From Thalia democratica (Eukaryota): a stretch of 64,000 nt of DNA. The notes beneath the pieces are model-generated. The model was not told the origin of the DNA. It made no database searches and saw only the letters and a program-made list of their open reading frames with translations. Position numbers and translations under genes: made by a program. Where the stretch lies: positions 66,216,001-66,280,000 of the forward strand of contig OZ241829.1 in the NCBI GenBank assembly GCA_965202585.1, given 5' to 3'. Within the stretch, counting starts at the first letter, position 1, and each line of letters begins with the position of its first letter. Shown here piece by piece: positions 13,464 to 25,666 of this stretch.

Positions 13464-15470
13464 ATTAATTACGGTGTTCCAAAGTAATAATAAAACATAA
13501 AATTGTAAAAATAATTAATAACTTACTAGTAAACTGCTTAATATTAAATCACTTCTAGCTTCTTTAAAATAAATGGTCTTTAGATGGTAATTTTTTTCAC
13601 AATGTAAAAAGTTGGTTTATAACTAAAAATTTTTCAAAATATCGATTTTAGCAAAATTTGAAGTTTAAGTGAATAGAAATCTATACATTTTAAAAACTAG
13701 TTACATTAATGCAAACCTTTGACACAGCTAGATATAACTTCAACTGCAAACTATACCTTAAATAAAAGCTAGTTTTTGTGAATTGAAAAAAAAAAGTGTT
13801 ACACCAGTAAAAAATTTTACGTAATAGTTCGTCGCTGATTTGTGTAGACTTTTCGCAACTTAAGGAGTAGTTTACAATTTAGTTGGGTTGAAATTTGAAT
13901 GTTTTTTAAAAACATATACACTTATGTTTAATAGTATAAAATTTAAACCAGTTATTGGTATTAAAGAATTTAACAACTATTTTCAGTGAAACTCTTTTAT
14001 GTTGGTAAAGTTTTAATTTTAACCGCTTTTTTAATCCAATATTAGCAGCATATTCACTAAAAGTTTTTGTTTAAACGGTTGATTAACATGTATCATTCTT
14101 ATAAGTATAGGCTGTTTTATTTTAAATTTTTACTCTGTTTTCTTAACAATAAAACCATGCTTGTTTCGTACAGCTGCTTTGCACAAAACTTCCTGTAAAA
14201 TGAGTAGGTTTTTAATTCATGTAACACAACAGTTTGTCATTAAATGAAATATATTTTTTACTTGATTTAGTTATAGCTTATTTTCTAATTGGGTCACGTA
14301 AAACTTTGTTGTAAGAAACCTTAAACTAATTCAATAAATATAAAAACCTTAAAACATAAGTACAAATTAAAGTTGAACGTAATTGATTGCTAACTGCTAA
14401 AAAGAACATTGAAGACAAAGTTTTTTTTTTTAATTTTCAAGAAATATTTTTCTGACCTTTTGTTCACAATTGTTAATTATCAATTGTTATAAATACAACA
14501 ACTTTTTAGCTTATATGTTTATCTTGAAAGCTTTTTTTATAAAAATAATCTATAAAAAACAAGCTTTATTGATCGTTGATGTAAATTTATTATTTAAACT
14601 TTAATATTCCCGTAAAAAAATAGCTTTAAATTCCAGAAAGTATGTATTTGTACAATAATAAAAATATTTTTTTCAAAACATTAAATTTTTTCATTATTTT
14701 TAGATTTAAATAAAAATTTACTAAAAATTTTACTTTAAACTTTAAATAATAGTCGTTTAAGTCATCAAAACCACTAACAAAAACTAAACAAAAAAGGCTA
14801 AAACCTTTTTTTATAAAACACTTATAAAAGGTCGCAAAAACTCTACGTTACACTTTTAACTTTAAACCCTTGGCTTTTTTTTTACATTATATATATATCA
14901 ACTTCTTATGTTATTTCAATTAGTTAAGATATTAGAAAATTTTAGCATAAAGGTTTTTTATTGTAAGAATATATTATTATAATATAACTAAAATAATAAA
15001 AAGCTATGCAAGGTTCTTAACTAAGTAACATAGTAAGCTAATATATTGCTTAACGATATTGTTTTTACTTTATATAATGATTAAATGACAATAACTTTTA
15101 AAGTTTAACTATATACAACTTTAGAAGAATGTTTTATTTACACTAATTACATCGTTCATATATATTTTTTTAAATACTATCGCTTGTTTAAGCTATGTAC
15201 TAGAAAATAATCTTAGAATTTCAAGTGACATTCACAAATAATAAGAATATGCATCTTATTTCAATTTAATATTTTTAACCAGTATCTTTTGTAATATTTT
15301 AAGAAAGTTTTACTAACTTGCACTTTAAAGAAAGTGTCATTTAAATTAAAAAACGGGAACAAGTATAATTAAGTCATATATAAATTAAATTTTAATACCA
15401 TATTATTTAATTTAGTTTTTTTCATGCTGAAAATATATATTAAAGCGAAATTTTGTTTATTATTTATTTT

Positions 15471-15570
15471 TTATTGAACGACAAAAAACGCTCAAAACGT
15501 TTGGTCCAAGGACCTGGTGCACAAAAAAACTTTTCGGTTTTTGTGTCATAGACCATAGCAGTTTAACGTC
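15471..15570 (+). repeat. Dispersed repeat fragment, second copy at ~54498..54590
   Basis: ttattgaacgac...cgctcaaaa...tttggtc...ggtgcacaaaaaaa...ttcggtt occurs at both positions in the same orientation. Confidence 0.6.
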
Positions 15571-16033
15571 ATTTTCAAGACTATTAGTATTTTTAACAAG
15601 TTAAAATTTTTATAATAAATATAATGAACTAGTACAAAACAAAGTTTATAACTGGTATACAACTTGCTAATCAAAAAAAGTTTTAAAATGATAATAAAAA
15701 TGACACGAGTAGGTGTTTTAGTTTAAAGAGAATAAAAGTTTAAATTCAACATTTTTCAAACTCTTAAATTTTGATTTTTTCAACCTACACAAAAACAATA
15801 TGTAGGTCGATATTTTTACTTTTTTTAACTTAAAATTCGTACTCGTGTCAATTTTTTATTTTTGCGCACAACATTTGAATGCACGTATTTTAACACGTGG
15901 GTTTTTATTTTTTGTTTAAAGCACATGAGCTTACAGTCAAACGACACATTTGAGTTTTTCTGTTGAAGGCTTAACATCAAAGTTTCAGTTTGAGTTTAGC
16001 TTTTTACCACAGTTTCAGTTTGAAGTACAAAGC

Positions 16034-16136
16034 ATGAAGGTCGCATTGTTGTCATTAGTTGTGGTTTTCTGCGTTCTTTCGACGGAAGCTTTCACAATTA
16101 CAATTCCGTCCGACCAATCTGGCGGTACATTAAAAG
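16034..16136 (+). CDS. First coding exon of a small secreted protein (signal peptide)
   Basis: ATG at 16034, MKVALLSLVVVFCVLSTEA-FTITIPSDQSGGTLK: basic n-region, hydrophobic core, small-residue cleavage site (S-T-E-A). Donor AAAG|gttttt, phase 1; GC-richer than flanks. Confidence 0.7.
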
Positions 16137-17570
16137 GTTTTTGCTTTTATAACTGTATGTACTTTATTTTTAAATCTAATTTACGTTAAAAAGTATGACC
16201 TTTTATAAATATATGAAACTTTTTTAAACTTTATATAGCAACATTAATATTACAACAGTATTGACATTGCAGTAAGACAATAATTACGACTCAATAAAAT
16301 GCTCTCGTATTAATGTTTTCAAAAATACACTATCTACAGTTTCGAATCTCATAAAAAAATTAATACAATTTTTTTATTACTTACCGTCTTATATTCCTAC
16401 TAGCAAATAGAAAAATAACAAAAATAAGAACGACATCCTACTAATATCTTCGCATTGAGCAACTAAATTTTATTAAACATTTTGTAAAGCTTAGCAAAAG
16501 AAACTTAAAGTAAAACTTATAGATATATTTTTTTAGTTTTCTGTAATTTTTTTATGCAAAAACCCGTAAGATTTAATACACAGGTAAAAAAACATATTAT
16601 TTTATGCAACGCACGGATATGATAAAGACAAAAGTTGTAAAATAATTAGTATTTAAAACTGTTTTTAATTTCTTCAAACTTTTTGTAAAAAAACAACGCA
16701 GGTTATTTTATTTCTAAAATTAAAATTAACTTAAACTGAATGTTTATAAAATTCTAAATAGCAGTAGCAGGTAAAGCAAAAAGATTTATTAACTTTAATA
16801 CCTGTTTGATAATTATATTTTAGTTTGTTGTTTACGATAACTTTACTGTGGTTTTTGTCAACCCTCATATGACAAATCAAATTACAAAAACTCAAATTTA
16901 GACAGTTAAAGTTAATGATGTAAATAAAGCCATTTATCAAAGTATCATTAAAATAAAATCCTACAGAAAGTCTGTATAGATAAATGACTATTACGATAAA
17001 AAAAACTATGTGAAAAGAAAATAAATATCTAAAGAGGGAAGTGAGCTTTGAAACATTAAAAGTTTTGTAATACTAAAATAAAGTTCTTACTTTGTTAACA
17101 TGTTTATTCTTTGTGCAAGTAAAAAAAGCAGTGGGTAGTTTTAATTTGTTCTGCTTACACTAAGGAATTAAACATATAATTTTAAACAGTAATAATAGTG
17201 AAACAAAAGTAAATAAATTTCATTTTTGTTTTTACAATTTTTCCAGAGCATTAAAAGTATTTTAAACTTTAGACTAGTTTTATTTAATATTTTAAATACA
17301 TCTAACTTTTTTTTTTGTAAAATTCATAGAAAAGTTTTTTTTTTATTTTCAAAGGTTTTTAACATATATTCTATTACCTTCAAAACACAAAATTATAATC
17401 ATAATTTTAATAACTACTGGTAAAATTAGTAGGTGTTTTTATATAAAGCATACCAGTATAGCAAAGTCACGAGAGAAATAATTTATAAAAACCTTTCTAC
17501 ATTAAAAAATATGTTCAGAACCGATGTTTTTACATTATTTATTACTTATTTGAATTGATATTTACATAAG

Positions 17571-17672
17571 AGCATGGTGACGATCATTACATGAATACGA
17601 ACGGGATGAAAAATATTGATGAGACAGTAATAAGTTACCATCCACATTTTTCGGATTCTTACATCAAAAAAG
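17571..17672 (+). CDS. Candidate second exon of the secreted-protein gene
   Basis: Acceptor tttacataag| and donor AAAG|gtttca; 102 nt, phase 1-1, open in frame with 16034..16136: (E)HGDDHYMNTNGMKNIDETVISYHPHFSDSYIKK. Confidence 0.45.
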
Positions 17673-20666
17673 GTTTCAAATAGTTGTTTTGTTGTTTACA
17701 TTCATTAGTTTCCTGTTTATGAATAAAATTGTTCAGCAGTTTTAACGATTCTAAAAAATCTAGTCGTAGGTTGAGAATACTTTGGTTTTATTTGTTTTCG
17801 TAAAGTAATAGGATTATTTAAATTTTCTATTGACAAATTATTGTAACAAAAGCAAAGTGTTAACGTTACAGTTAGTACAACAAATAGGGTTTAAGGCAAG
17901 TTCCCTCGTATTAATGTTTTACCAAACACTAAAACTACAGTTTTATTTACCATTCTATATTTCATACTCGCTAGTTAAAACAAAAATATAAAGCCTTAAC
18001 GGCATCATTTTTTAGTTTTTGCAGCAATAAATCAACTAAAGTGCGATATTTTTGCAAGTTCAGGTAAAGAAGCTCAAAACACAAATTGTAAATTATTTAA
18101 ACAAGTTTCTTTATCTTTTTAAACCTGTAAATATTGCTATTTTTTTAAACGATGACTTTGAGTCGATCCCTTGGACCTAAGATAATAGATTCAGTTTTTA
18201 TGATAAAATCGCTTTCAAAATTTTTAAAGCCCTTATGGGTAGAACTAAATATTTGAATAGTTGTTTTATTCGGATTAAAATATTGTATTTTGAAGGTCAT
18301 TGCTAATATTTTTAAGTCATTTGAGAACTATGAAAAACATCTTATGTACTTTTTTTTACAAAAACTTCAAAAGTATAAAAATTAGTTCAATATATTTATA
18401 AAAATGTTTTTTTGAAACTTTAACTTTAAACCACTAATTTTAATACTTTAAAAACAAAAGAACAAACTTAAAATAATAGTTACTTTTGCTGCAATATTAA
18501 TACTGGTTTCAACTATTTGTTAAATTGCTTAGTGTAAGCAGAAAAAATGTACTCACTGTTTATTCTATTTGCACATAGAATATATGTGTTAACAAAATGT
18601 GTATCATACTCAAAAACATGATAGTTTTTATTAATTATGAACTATTCGTTTATTAATAAATGTTTTCTTTGCCTCGAAAACAATTCACTGATACTTAAAA
18701 ATGCTTGTTTACTAATAATACAAGTCCGATGGTGATTGAATTTCGTCTCGTTGGTCATCTGAAAAAACTTCAATTAAGTTAAACGTCCGTAATGTAATTT
18801 AGTTTGATTCACTTTTTTAGTTTTAATTACAAAAAACTTATTTTTTTACACCAAATTTATTTAAAAGGAATTAAAACAAAGAAAGCACAAACGAAATAAC
18901 ACAAAATAATAAAAAATATATATTGTTAAATTAAATATAACATATTTGTAAAAAATCCATCCAAGCTCTTTTTTCCCTTTTATCAACTATTTTTTTCAAA
19001 TTTTAGCAGATTGATATTTGAGAAAAATTTAAAAAAACCTCAAGTTATAATAAACTAAAACGTTAAAATTCAAAAATTATTCTGAGTAGAACTATTTTAA
19101 AATTTAGTTATTAAAGACGAGTTTAATAAATTTTAATAAAAGAACGTTTTTGTTAGGATAGTCTGTTTTTAAAATAATTCCTGATTAAAAAATCTAAATA
19201 TGAATAAACTTTTACTGATCAGGTAAAAAGGGTTCAGGTTAAGTATGATCGGCTTAGAAATGATCGCCAGTTAAAAACAAGACTACCAATAAAAACTCGT
19301 TTATGCTCAATCTAAAAACAACTAATTGGATATTTTTAAAAGTAGTAAAAATTTTTCAACACCATTTCTTTTGTCTTTAAAAATTTTTTTGTTTTCAACC
19401 ATTTAAAAAACTATTTTATAAAAATTATGCAAACTAAATCTAAAGAATTTCTTTTAGAAATTTCAATCAAGTCAATTTTCAAGTAAAATTTGAAGACTAG
19501 TTTTATTTTTAAAGTTTAGGCAGCTACAATTTGTTAATTTATCTTTTAAGTTTCACTCCTTTATCTTAAAAAAAAATTGTTTTTAAAAGTTTCTTTAATC
19601 TAAATAATGTTCAATGTGAAAATTTACTTTTTAATTTATTACCAGGTTTAAGCGGGTAAAAATTACGACCTTGTCTTATATTAGTAAAATAGTAAAAATT
19701 GCACTGAGCAAGCTTATTTATGAAAATTTGACAAGGTCTCAACTGTTTTCCCAATGAAACCTGGTAATAAGTAGAATAGCTAGTTTGCACGATTATTATT
19801 GTTAAAATAAGCTCCTCACTTAATAGTAAATTGAGCATCATTTTCCAGTTAAGAAAAATATTTATATAATAGTTTGTATCAAAATTCCTTTTAATTTGCT
19901 AAACCTAGAATATTATTTATAATTTAACACACAAATTTAATATTTACTGATTTCCGATAACTTAAAAAATGCTGACCTTAGTTACACTGGTAAAAATAAT
20001 AATCTTAAACCATAATTAAATAATTTTTAGCTATTAAAAATTGTTTACCGTAATATGTTTGTTGTTTAATTAATTTTTTTAACAGAATTTAAGAGAGCTT
20101 TCAGTAATCCTTTAATATTTTTTTTAAATTTTAACCATGCTCTTACTAATTTAGTTAGTTTTATATAATTTATATTAAAAAGAAGTTGATAGTGTAGTTT
20201 ACTTTTTATATAAATTTATATAAATTAGTTCTAATAAGTAATATTGAGTTACATTATTAGTAAAACCAAACTGCAAAGTAGTGTACTAGCAGAGTTAGCT
20301 GAAAAAATCTTACATAATAATTTAAATGTAATGAAGTTATAGTTTTGTACATTGTTTTAAATAAAATAATTTTAGTTTTCAAAACAATCAATCACATATT
20401 AAGTTAGCTTAAAAAGTAATTAAGTTTAACTTTCCGTATAGTGTAATTATTACTGAAAAAATACTGTAATACATACGTTTATATTGTATTTCATACTTAC
20501 TGTTGAGGTTTCTTGACACATAAAAACGTAAATACTTTTAGTACAAAGCGACGGACAGATAAATGTTGAATAGAATCCCTTCATATGAAGACACTTGAAA
20601 TCACTTAAACAACTTAACTACTTAATGGTTGTACAAATGTGATGTTCACTAATTTTTGTGTTTCAG

Positions 20667-20690
20667 AAACTATTGGCCATAGTTACGCTG
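20667..20690 (+). CDS. Candidate 24-nt microexon
   Basis: Strong acceptor ttttgtgtttcag| and donor |gtaact; phase 1-1, open: (E)TIGHSYA. Assignment to the 16 kb gene is unproven. Confidence 0.25.
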
Positions 20691-22869
20691 GTAACTTTAA
20701 CCATTTTGAAACATAGTTAATTTTTTTTTACTTTTTGAATTGTTTTTATCATTTCATCTATGTTATTTAAATTAAAACTTTTTATACATAATTTAAGAAA
20801 GCTTTTAGTAATCCTATACTAACATATATTGTATTTTTAATCATGATCTTACTTAAAAGTAATTTATTTGTTTTATTACTTTTGAAAAGGAAGTTGACTG
20901 TAAATACGCTTTTTTTTATAATAGTTTACGTTTATAATATTTTTACTAAACTTGCATATTTTTATTCAGTTTATCATTTTATATCAATAAATTTAACACG
21001 CTTAAGATATTTGTTAGTTAAAATAAAGTAGAATCAGTTTGGTATAGAATAACTTTAGTATACTTATGAGCACGAAAAGCTTGTGATATGGATCAATTTT
21101 GTATACTACAACTAATTTTTGTACACTACACTAAATCAATTCAGTGTAGTTTTTTAAGCTCTAACTAATTGATTTAACCAGTGAAATTTTAATAACTAGT
21201 TAATTTTAGGTAAAATAACAATCAATAAAAAAATAAGGTAAAGAAAAAACAGTTTTAGAATTTATATCAGAATATACTTTTCTATATATATCATACAATT
21301 TAGTTTTAAAACTTTTTTAGAATCTTCCTTTAAGAACTACTTAAACTATTTTGAATCAAAAACTTTGAATAGAAGTACAAATAAACAAATCAAATTTAAA
21401 AACTGTGTATTTTTTAATAGTCAATTTAATTGAATATTTAAAATGCTCGTTGTTGTGGACAAAAATGTTAAGTTATTTTTTCTGAAAAAAAGACTGTAAT
21501 AACATACTATCAATCTGTAATAACATATTTTAAAATATTTTATACGTTTGACCCTATCTGTATATACTTCGTTATCTTTTTGTATAAAGTAGTTAAAGTT
21601 TAGAATTATCAACAATTTTTTTTAATAAGTTTGTAAAATAATTCAGTTAAAACAAAAAAGGATTACCATTTAATACTACAAATTTACTAAAACTGAAAAA
21701 AGTTATACTTTTGATACATTTCTTAAAACATTTTACTAAGAAAAAATAGTTTTTTGATGTTAACATTAAACATATTGACAAATGAAATAAAATCAGTAAA
21801 CTGATAATAAAATCAAACTTTTTATATTTAACCTAAAAATTGTCAGTATTTGTCTTTTTTCCACTGTTAGCTATCATACGGATTTAGGGATTTTTGTTTT
21901 TAAGTTTAGGAAAACACTTGTCTTATCCATAACCTTTACTAAACTATTGAGTGACAAAAAAATAATTAGTACTGAATACTTAACTTACTTGTGAATATAA
22001 ATAGTAGAGTTTTTTGACATAATATAATAAAACCCTTTGTTATTTAAGTTTAAAAAGAATCAAAATAAATTAATAATGATTGAATAAAAACCTAGCTAAA
22101 CTTAAGTAAGACTAGTAGAAAATTAAGCATTTTAAAATGTAAAATAACTTAAAGAACTCAACAATACACATCAAAATACAAATATAAAAACCTTGTTAAA
22201 AATACAGTTCAACATGTTGTTCGTACGATTGTTTTAAAAGAACAGTTCCTGAACAGTACTAGTTAAAACTAAGTACCGAAACTTAATAATGTTTTTTAAA
22301 CCTTTGGTAATAGAAGTTAGGTCTAAAACTCACCTAATCATTGAAATGTTTCTTAGCCATACGTTTGTTTTAAATAGTTTAGTTTGAAGCTTTTTTTCAC
22401 GTAATTAATCATTTTTTGATTTTTTTTTATTTACTGTGTTTAAAAATAGAAGTCTTTAAGCTTTAGATTTTTTTTTGTACAAAATGTCTTAACTATAAAA
22501 AAAGTAACATTTATTCTTGTCGTTAATGTATTTAATGTAAGCTTTTTAACAAGTAACTAAAAAACTACTTTAAAACAAAAAATAAATTTATATGAAAAAC
22601 TAATTTAGTTGATAATTATAAAATAAGATTAAATTAGCTAATATTTGTTTACTTGTAAATAACTTTGTTTTTTTTAAAACAAAGAGGAGTATTTTATTCA
22701 AATACTAGATAATACTAATAATGGTAAAACAAAAACGATGAATTATCGCGATGCAGACATTAATGTGAAAATTGGATCTTAAAACTTCTAATTAAAACAC
22801 TATGTTTCTAAATAATGTGTTAAAATCAACTGGCACCATGTAAGTCAATACAAATTGTAAAAATGTAAC

Positions 22870-22937
22870 AATACTGGGATTCGAACTTACGACACTCGCT
22901 CTCCGCGCACATCAGTACGATTGTTAACACCTCTACT
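22870..22937 (-). mobile_element. tRNA-derived SINE-like head (Pol III boxes)
   Basis: Minus strand reads tagtagaggtgttaac (A-box-like) ... aagttcgaatccca (B-box, GTTCGAATCC at 22876..22886). No cloverleaf could be folded. Confidence 0.35.
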
Positions 22938-23118
22938 AAACGGGTAGGAGTCTAGTATGCACGAAGACATTTTTAAACGAAAGGTCACTTTTGCAGGAAG
23001 GGACATTTTTACAAGAAGAAACTTTTGTACGGCGTTAATTTTGCATGGGCGGTCACTTTTGCATAAATACACCTTTACACGAAGAGTCAATTTTGCACGA
23101 AGATACTTTTACCCGTTT
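22938..23118. mobile_element. Short derivative of the TTGCACGA MITE family
   Basis: AAACGGGTA ... TACCCGTTT terminal inverted repeats enclosing degenerate ~18-nt ttttgcacgaag units, all in one orientation. Confidence 0.6.
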
Positions 23119-23369
23119 CAATATTTTTAAAATTATAAACAGTAACATGGATTTTTTAGTTCTTTACAAACCTAAACACCTTTAAAAAGTTATTTATTGT
23201 TGTGGAAACCGTGCAGTAGCACAAGAAAAAAACAAACAGTGTTAATTTATCTTCTTAAAAAAACACTATTTAATATTAGCCATCTGTTTGTAGGTATCTC
23301 ATTGTACAGTTATGAGGATCATAACGAACCTTTAGACACACAATTGTAAATTTACTTGAGTGACTTTTT

Positions 23370-24030
23370 TTAATTTTTTTTTGTCGTTCAACTCGTTCAG
23401 TATCGAGCACAAGCAAATATCTTGGCACCACCAGGATCACTCACGCAGCAAACTCACCTTTTCCACTCTGGAAGTTGGTTGGTCCTGTGTCTTCTTCCTC
23501 AAGCATCTTATTTGTGTTTACCTTCAGACGGCTGCGTATTTTATTCAAGCACGTGCTTGGTGAACACGTCTGCTCTGTTGAAATGAACTCTGAAGTTTCT
23601 TAAGTCGCCGTGTTTGAGTAGCTGTAAACTTTCAGGCGGAAGCACCTCGTTGACAGTAATAAATTCGTCACCAACATCGTAAAACACACAGAAAAATGCA
23701 ACTTCTTAACAGTCCGACATATAAACTTCCTTCACAAACCTCAAGCACGTGCAGAGTTTTTGAAGCCTTCTCTCAATGTTACACTAGCACTCTCCGTTTT
23801 CCTAGTACCGCAAAACAATATCAAGTTGTTGCTTTCTTCATGTACTGCTTCCACTTGACAACTTTCAGTTAGTTTGCATATTTTAAAGTCAATTAGTTTG
23901 TATCTTGTTTATATGTGTCCAGATGTAGGTTCTTTCGTTGTGCTCACCCTCGTCACATTGGAAAGTTTTATCACAAACTTGTACTCGTCTGGTGTATTTG
24001 TTATGTTATAACAAAATTTGACATTGCTTT
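23370..24030 (-). pseudogene. Decayed intronless ORF, possibly PDZ-like in part
   Basis: GC-richer island with consecutive coding-like minus-strand fragments separated by stops and frameshifts: NITNTPDEYKFVIKLSNV; LIDFKICKLTESCQVEAVHEESNNLILFCG; TLHVLEVCEGSLYVG; YDVGDEFITVNEVLPPESLQLLKHGDLRNFRVHFNR. GDEFITVN...LQLLK resembles the PDZ GD(E/R)IL.VN...LL signature. Confidence 0.35.
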
Positions 24031-25595
24031 TATTAAAAAATAAGATAAGGTTTTAGTCAAAAAAGTGACAACCCTTTTTTCTGCATAATATTACATTAAA
24101 GCTGTTATTTGTTGGTTTTGTAGAACCGTGGTCTGTTTTAAACTTGGTGTTTATAGAACCGTTGCTCGAGTCCCAGTAAGTTTACTTTGTTGTACGTTTG
24201 GCTACTTAATACTTGGTTTTGTTTTAGCTTAAAAGAACGTCGCGGACCGTAAATTTTTACTATAGACTAATACTTAGTTAATAGTTTATGGTGGAAAAAA
24301 CAATTTGTCATTCTTTAATATCATACAAAATTTACATCTAACATCATAAGTAGTTTATCCTATCTATTTAAAATTAGAGGTAAAACCTATTACACTACAC
24401 GCTGTAATGCTTTTAGTAATTTTGATAAACAGTAAGTAAAATATTTTTTTCTAAAAATTATTTTTTGTTGCCGCTCACCTGCCGACAAGTCATAGCAAGT
24501 ATTCGGTTTTATAATCACGTCACTCTATTATTTCAGACAATCAAGGATTTAGCAGACACAAGTTCATACAAATAACTGAGTATAAAAACTGGGTTAAAAA
24601 TGCAGTAGTATGGTATTGAAGTTTTTTCATCCACAACACTGTTTAAGACAGTAATAAAGCAGTACATTCTCAGGGTTTAAACTCCTGACCCACTTAACCA
24701 TAACGTATAAAAAATATTAAAAAACACTTTATTGTTAAAAGTTAATAAAATGTTCCAATCAAACTTTATTAAATCAGAAGCGCATCAAGTTGCAGCTTAC
24801 AGCAAAAAAATGGCATTCTTTTTTTAAGTAAAGTAGTATTTTTCTGTACCATTATATACACTTGAATTTTTACTTTTAAGCAAACTGACGTGTAAAAATA
24901 CAAACTTCAGTATGCATAGTTTGTTGAGAAAACGAAGCATTCTGCGGCATTGCTAAAAACACGATCATTAAAACAGTGTGGATTTCATGGCTTTTATCAG
25001 TGAGGCTAATTCGATTTCGCGCACTTCGTAGATAAATATTTCATTTTTTCAAAAGTATTAAAAAAGTTTTCAAGTGCTGGTTAGAACTTTTTTAGAAACA
25101 TATTTCATTCTTTACTTTATAGAAACATTGCAAGCAGCCTTCTTTCTCGTTATACCATTGGTCTCAAAAAAGCGAACTGGTGAACACAAAATTTATTTTT
25201 GGTGCATGAACCTTAATTTTAAAAGTCTCCCTAAAATTTTAAATTACACTACATTTTCTAAAGTTCGTTATGAAGTGCAAAAAAAATTCACAGGTGTATG
25301 TAAGGCTAATTTTGAAACTAACACTAGATATTAAAGAAAGCATTTGAAAATCTTACTATATTATGGAAAAAATTGAAACTTAAACCAGATATTTGTATTT
25401 GCGACTAAGAACACAATGTGGTGCACAGAATTTTATAAGAATAAAGACCACTGTATTATACCTTTCGACGATCCGCGTCAAAGCGACAAATTAAAAGTTA
25501 ACTGATGTGCTTAACATTTAAATAGAAATTATTGAAAACTACATTTTATTTTATAACTTTTATAGAAAAAAAACAAGTGATGACAATAAATACAT

Positions 25596-25601
25596 TTTAT
25601 T
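25596..25601 (-). promoter_or_regulatory. Polyadenylation signal of aminopeptidase copy A
   Basis: AATAAA on the minus strand ~65 nt after the stop, at the position homologous to the AATAAA of copy B. Confidence 0.55.
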
Positions 25602-25666
25602 AACTAAATGACCTATGCACGGCAGATATTTTCAACCGAAAAGAACCTAAAAACACATTAAAAAAT

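Noticed and set aside
12623-13500. Regularly spaced TTGCACGA repeats as a CRISPR array, and ORFs 13237..13500 and 13253..13468
   Set aside because: Eukaryotic context, ~18-nt period with no unique 30-40-nt spacers, inverted symmetry and no cas genes. The ORFs are repeat translations.
18025-18063. 39-nt phase-1 exon candidate (AINQLKCDIFASS)
   Set aside because: It sits within a local repeat (~17905-18060, similar to ~16305-16490) whose other copy lacks the splice sites; unresolved without RNA data.
22870-22937. tRNA gene
   Set aside because: B-box present, but no acceptor, D or anticodon stems could be paired.
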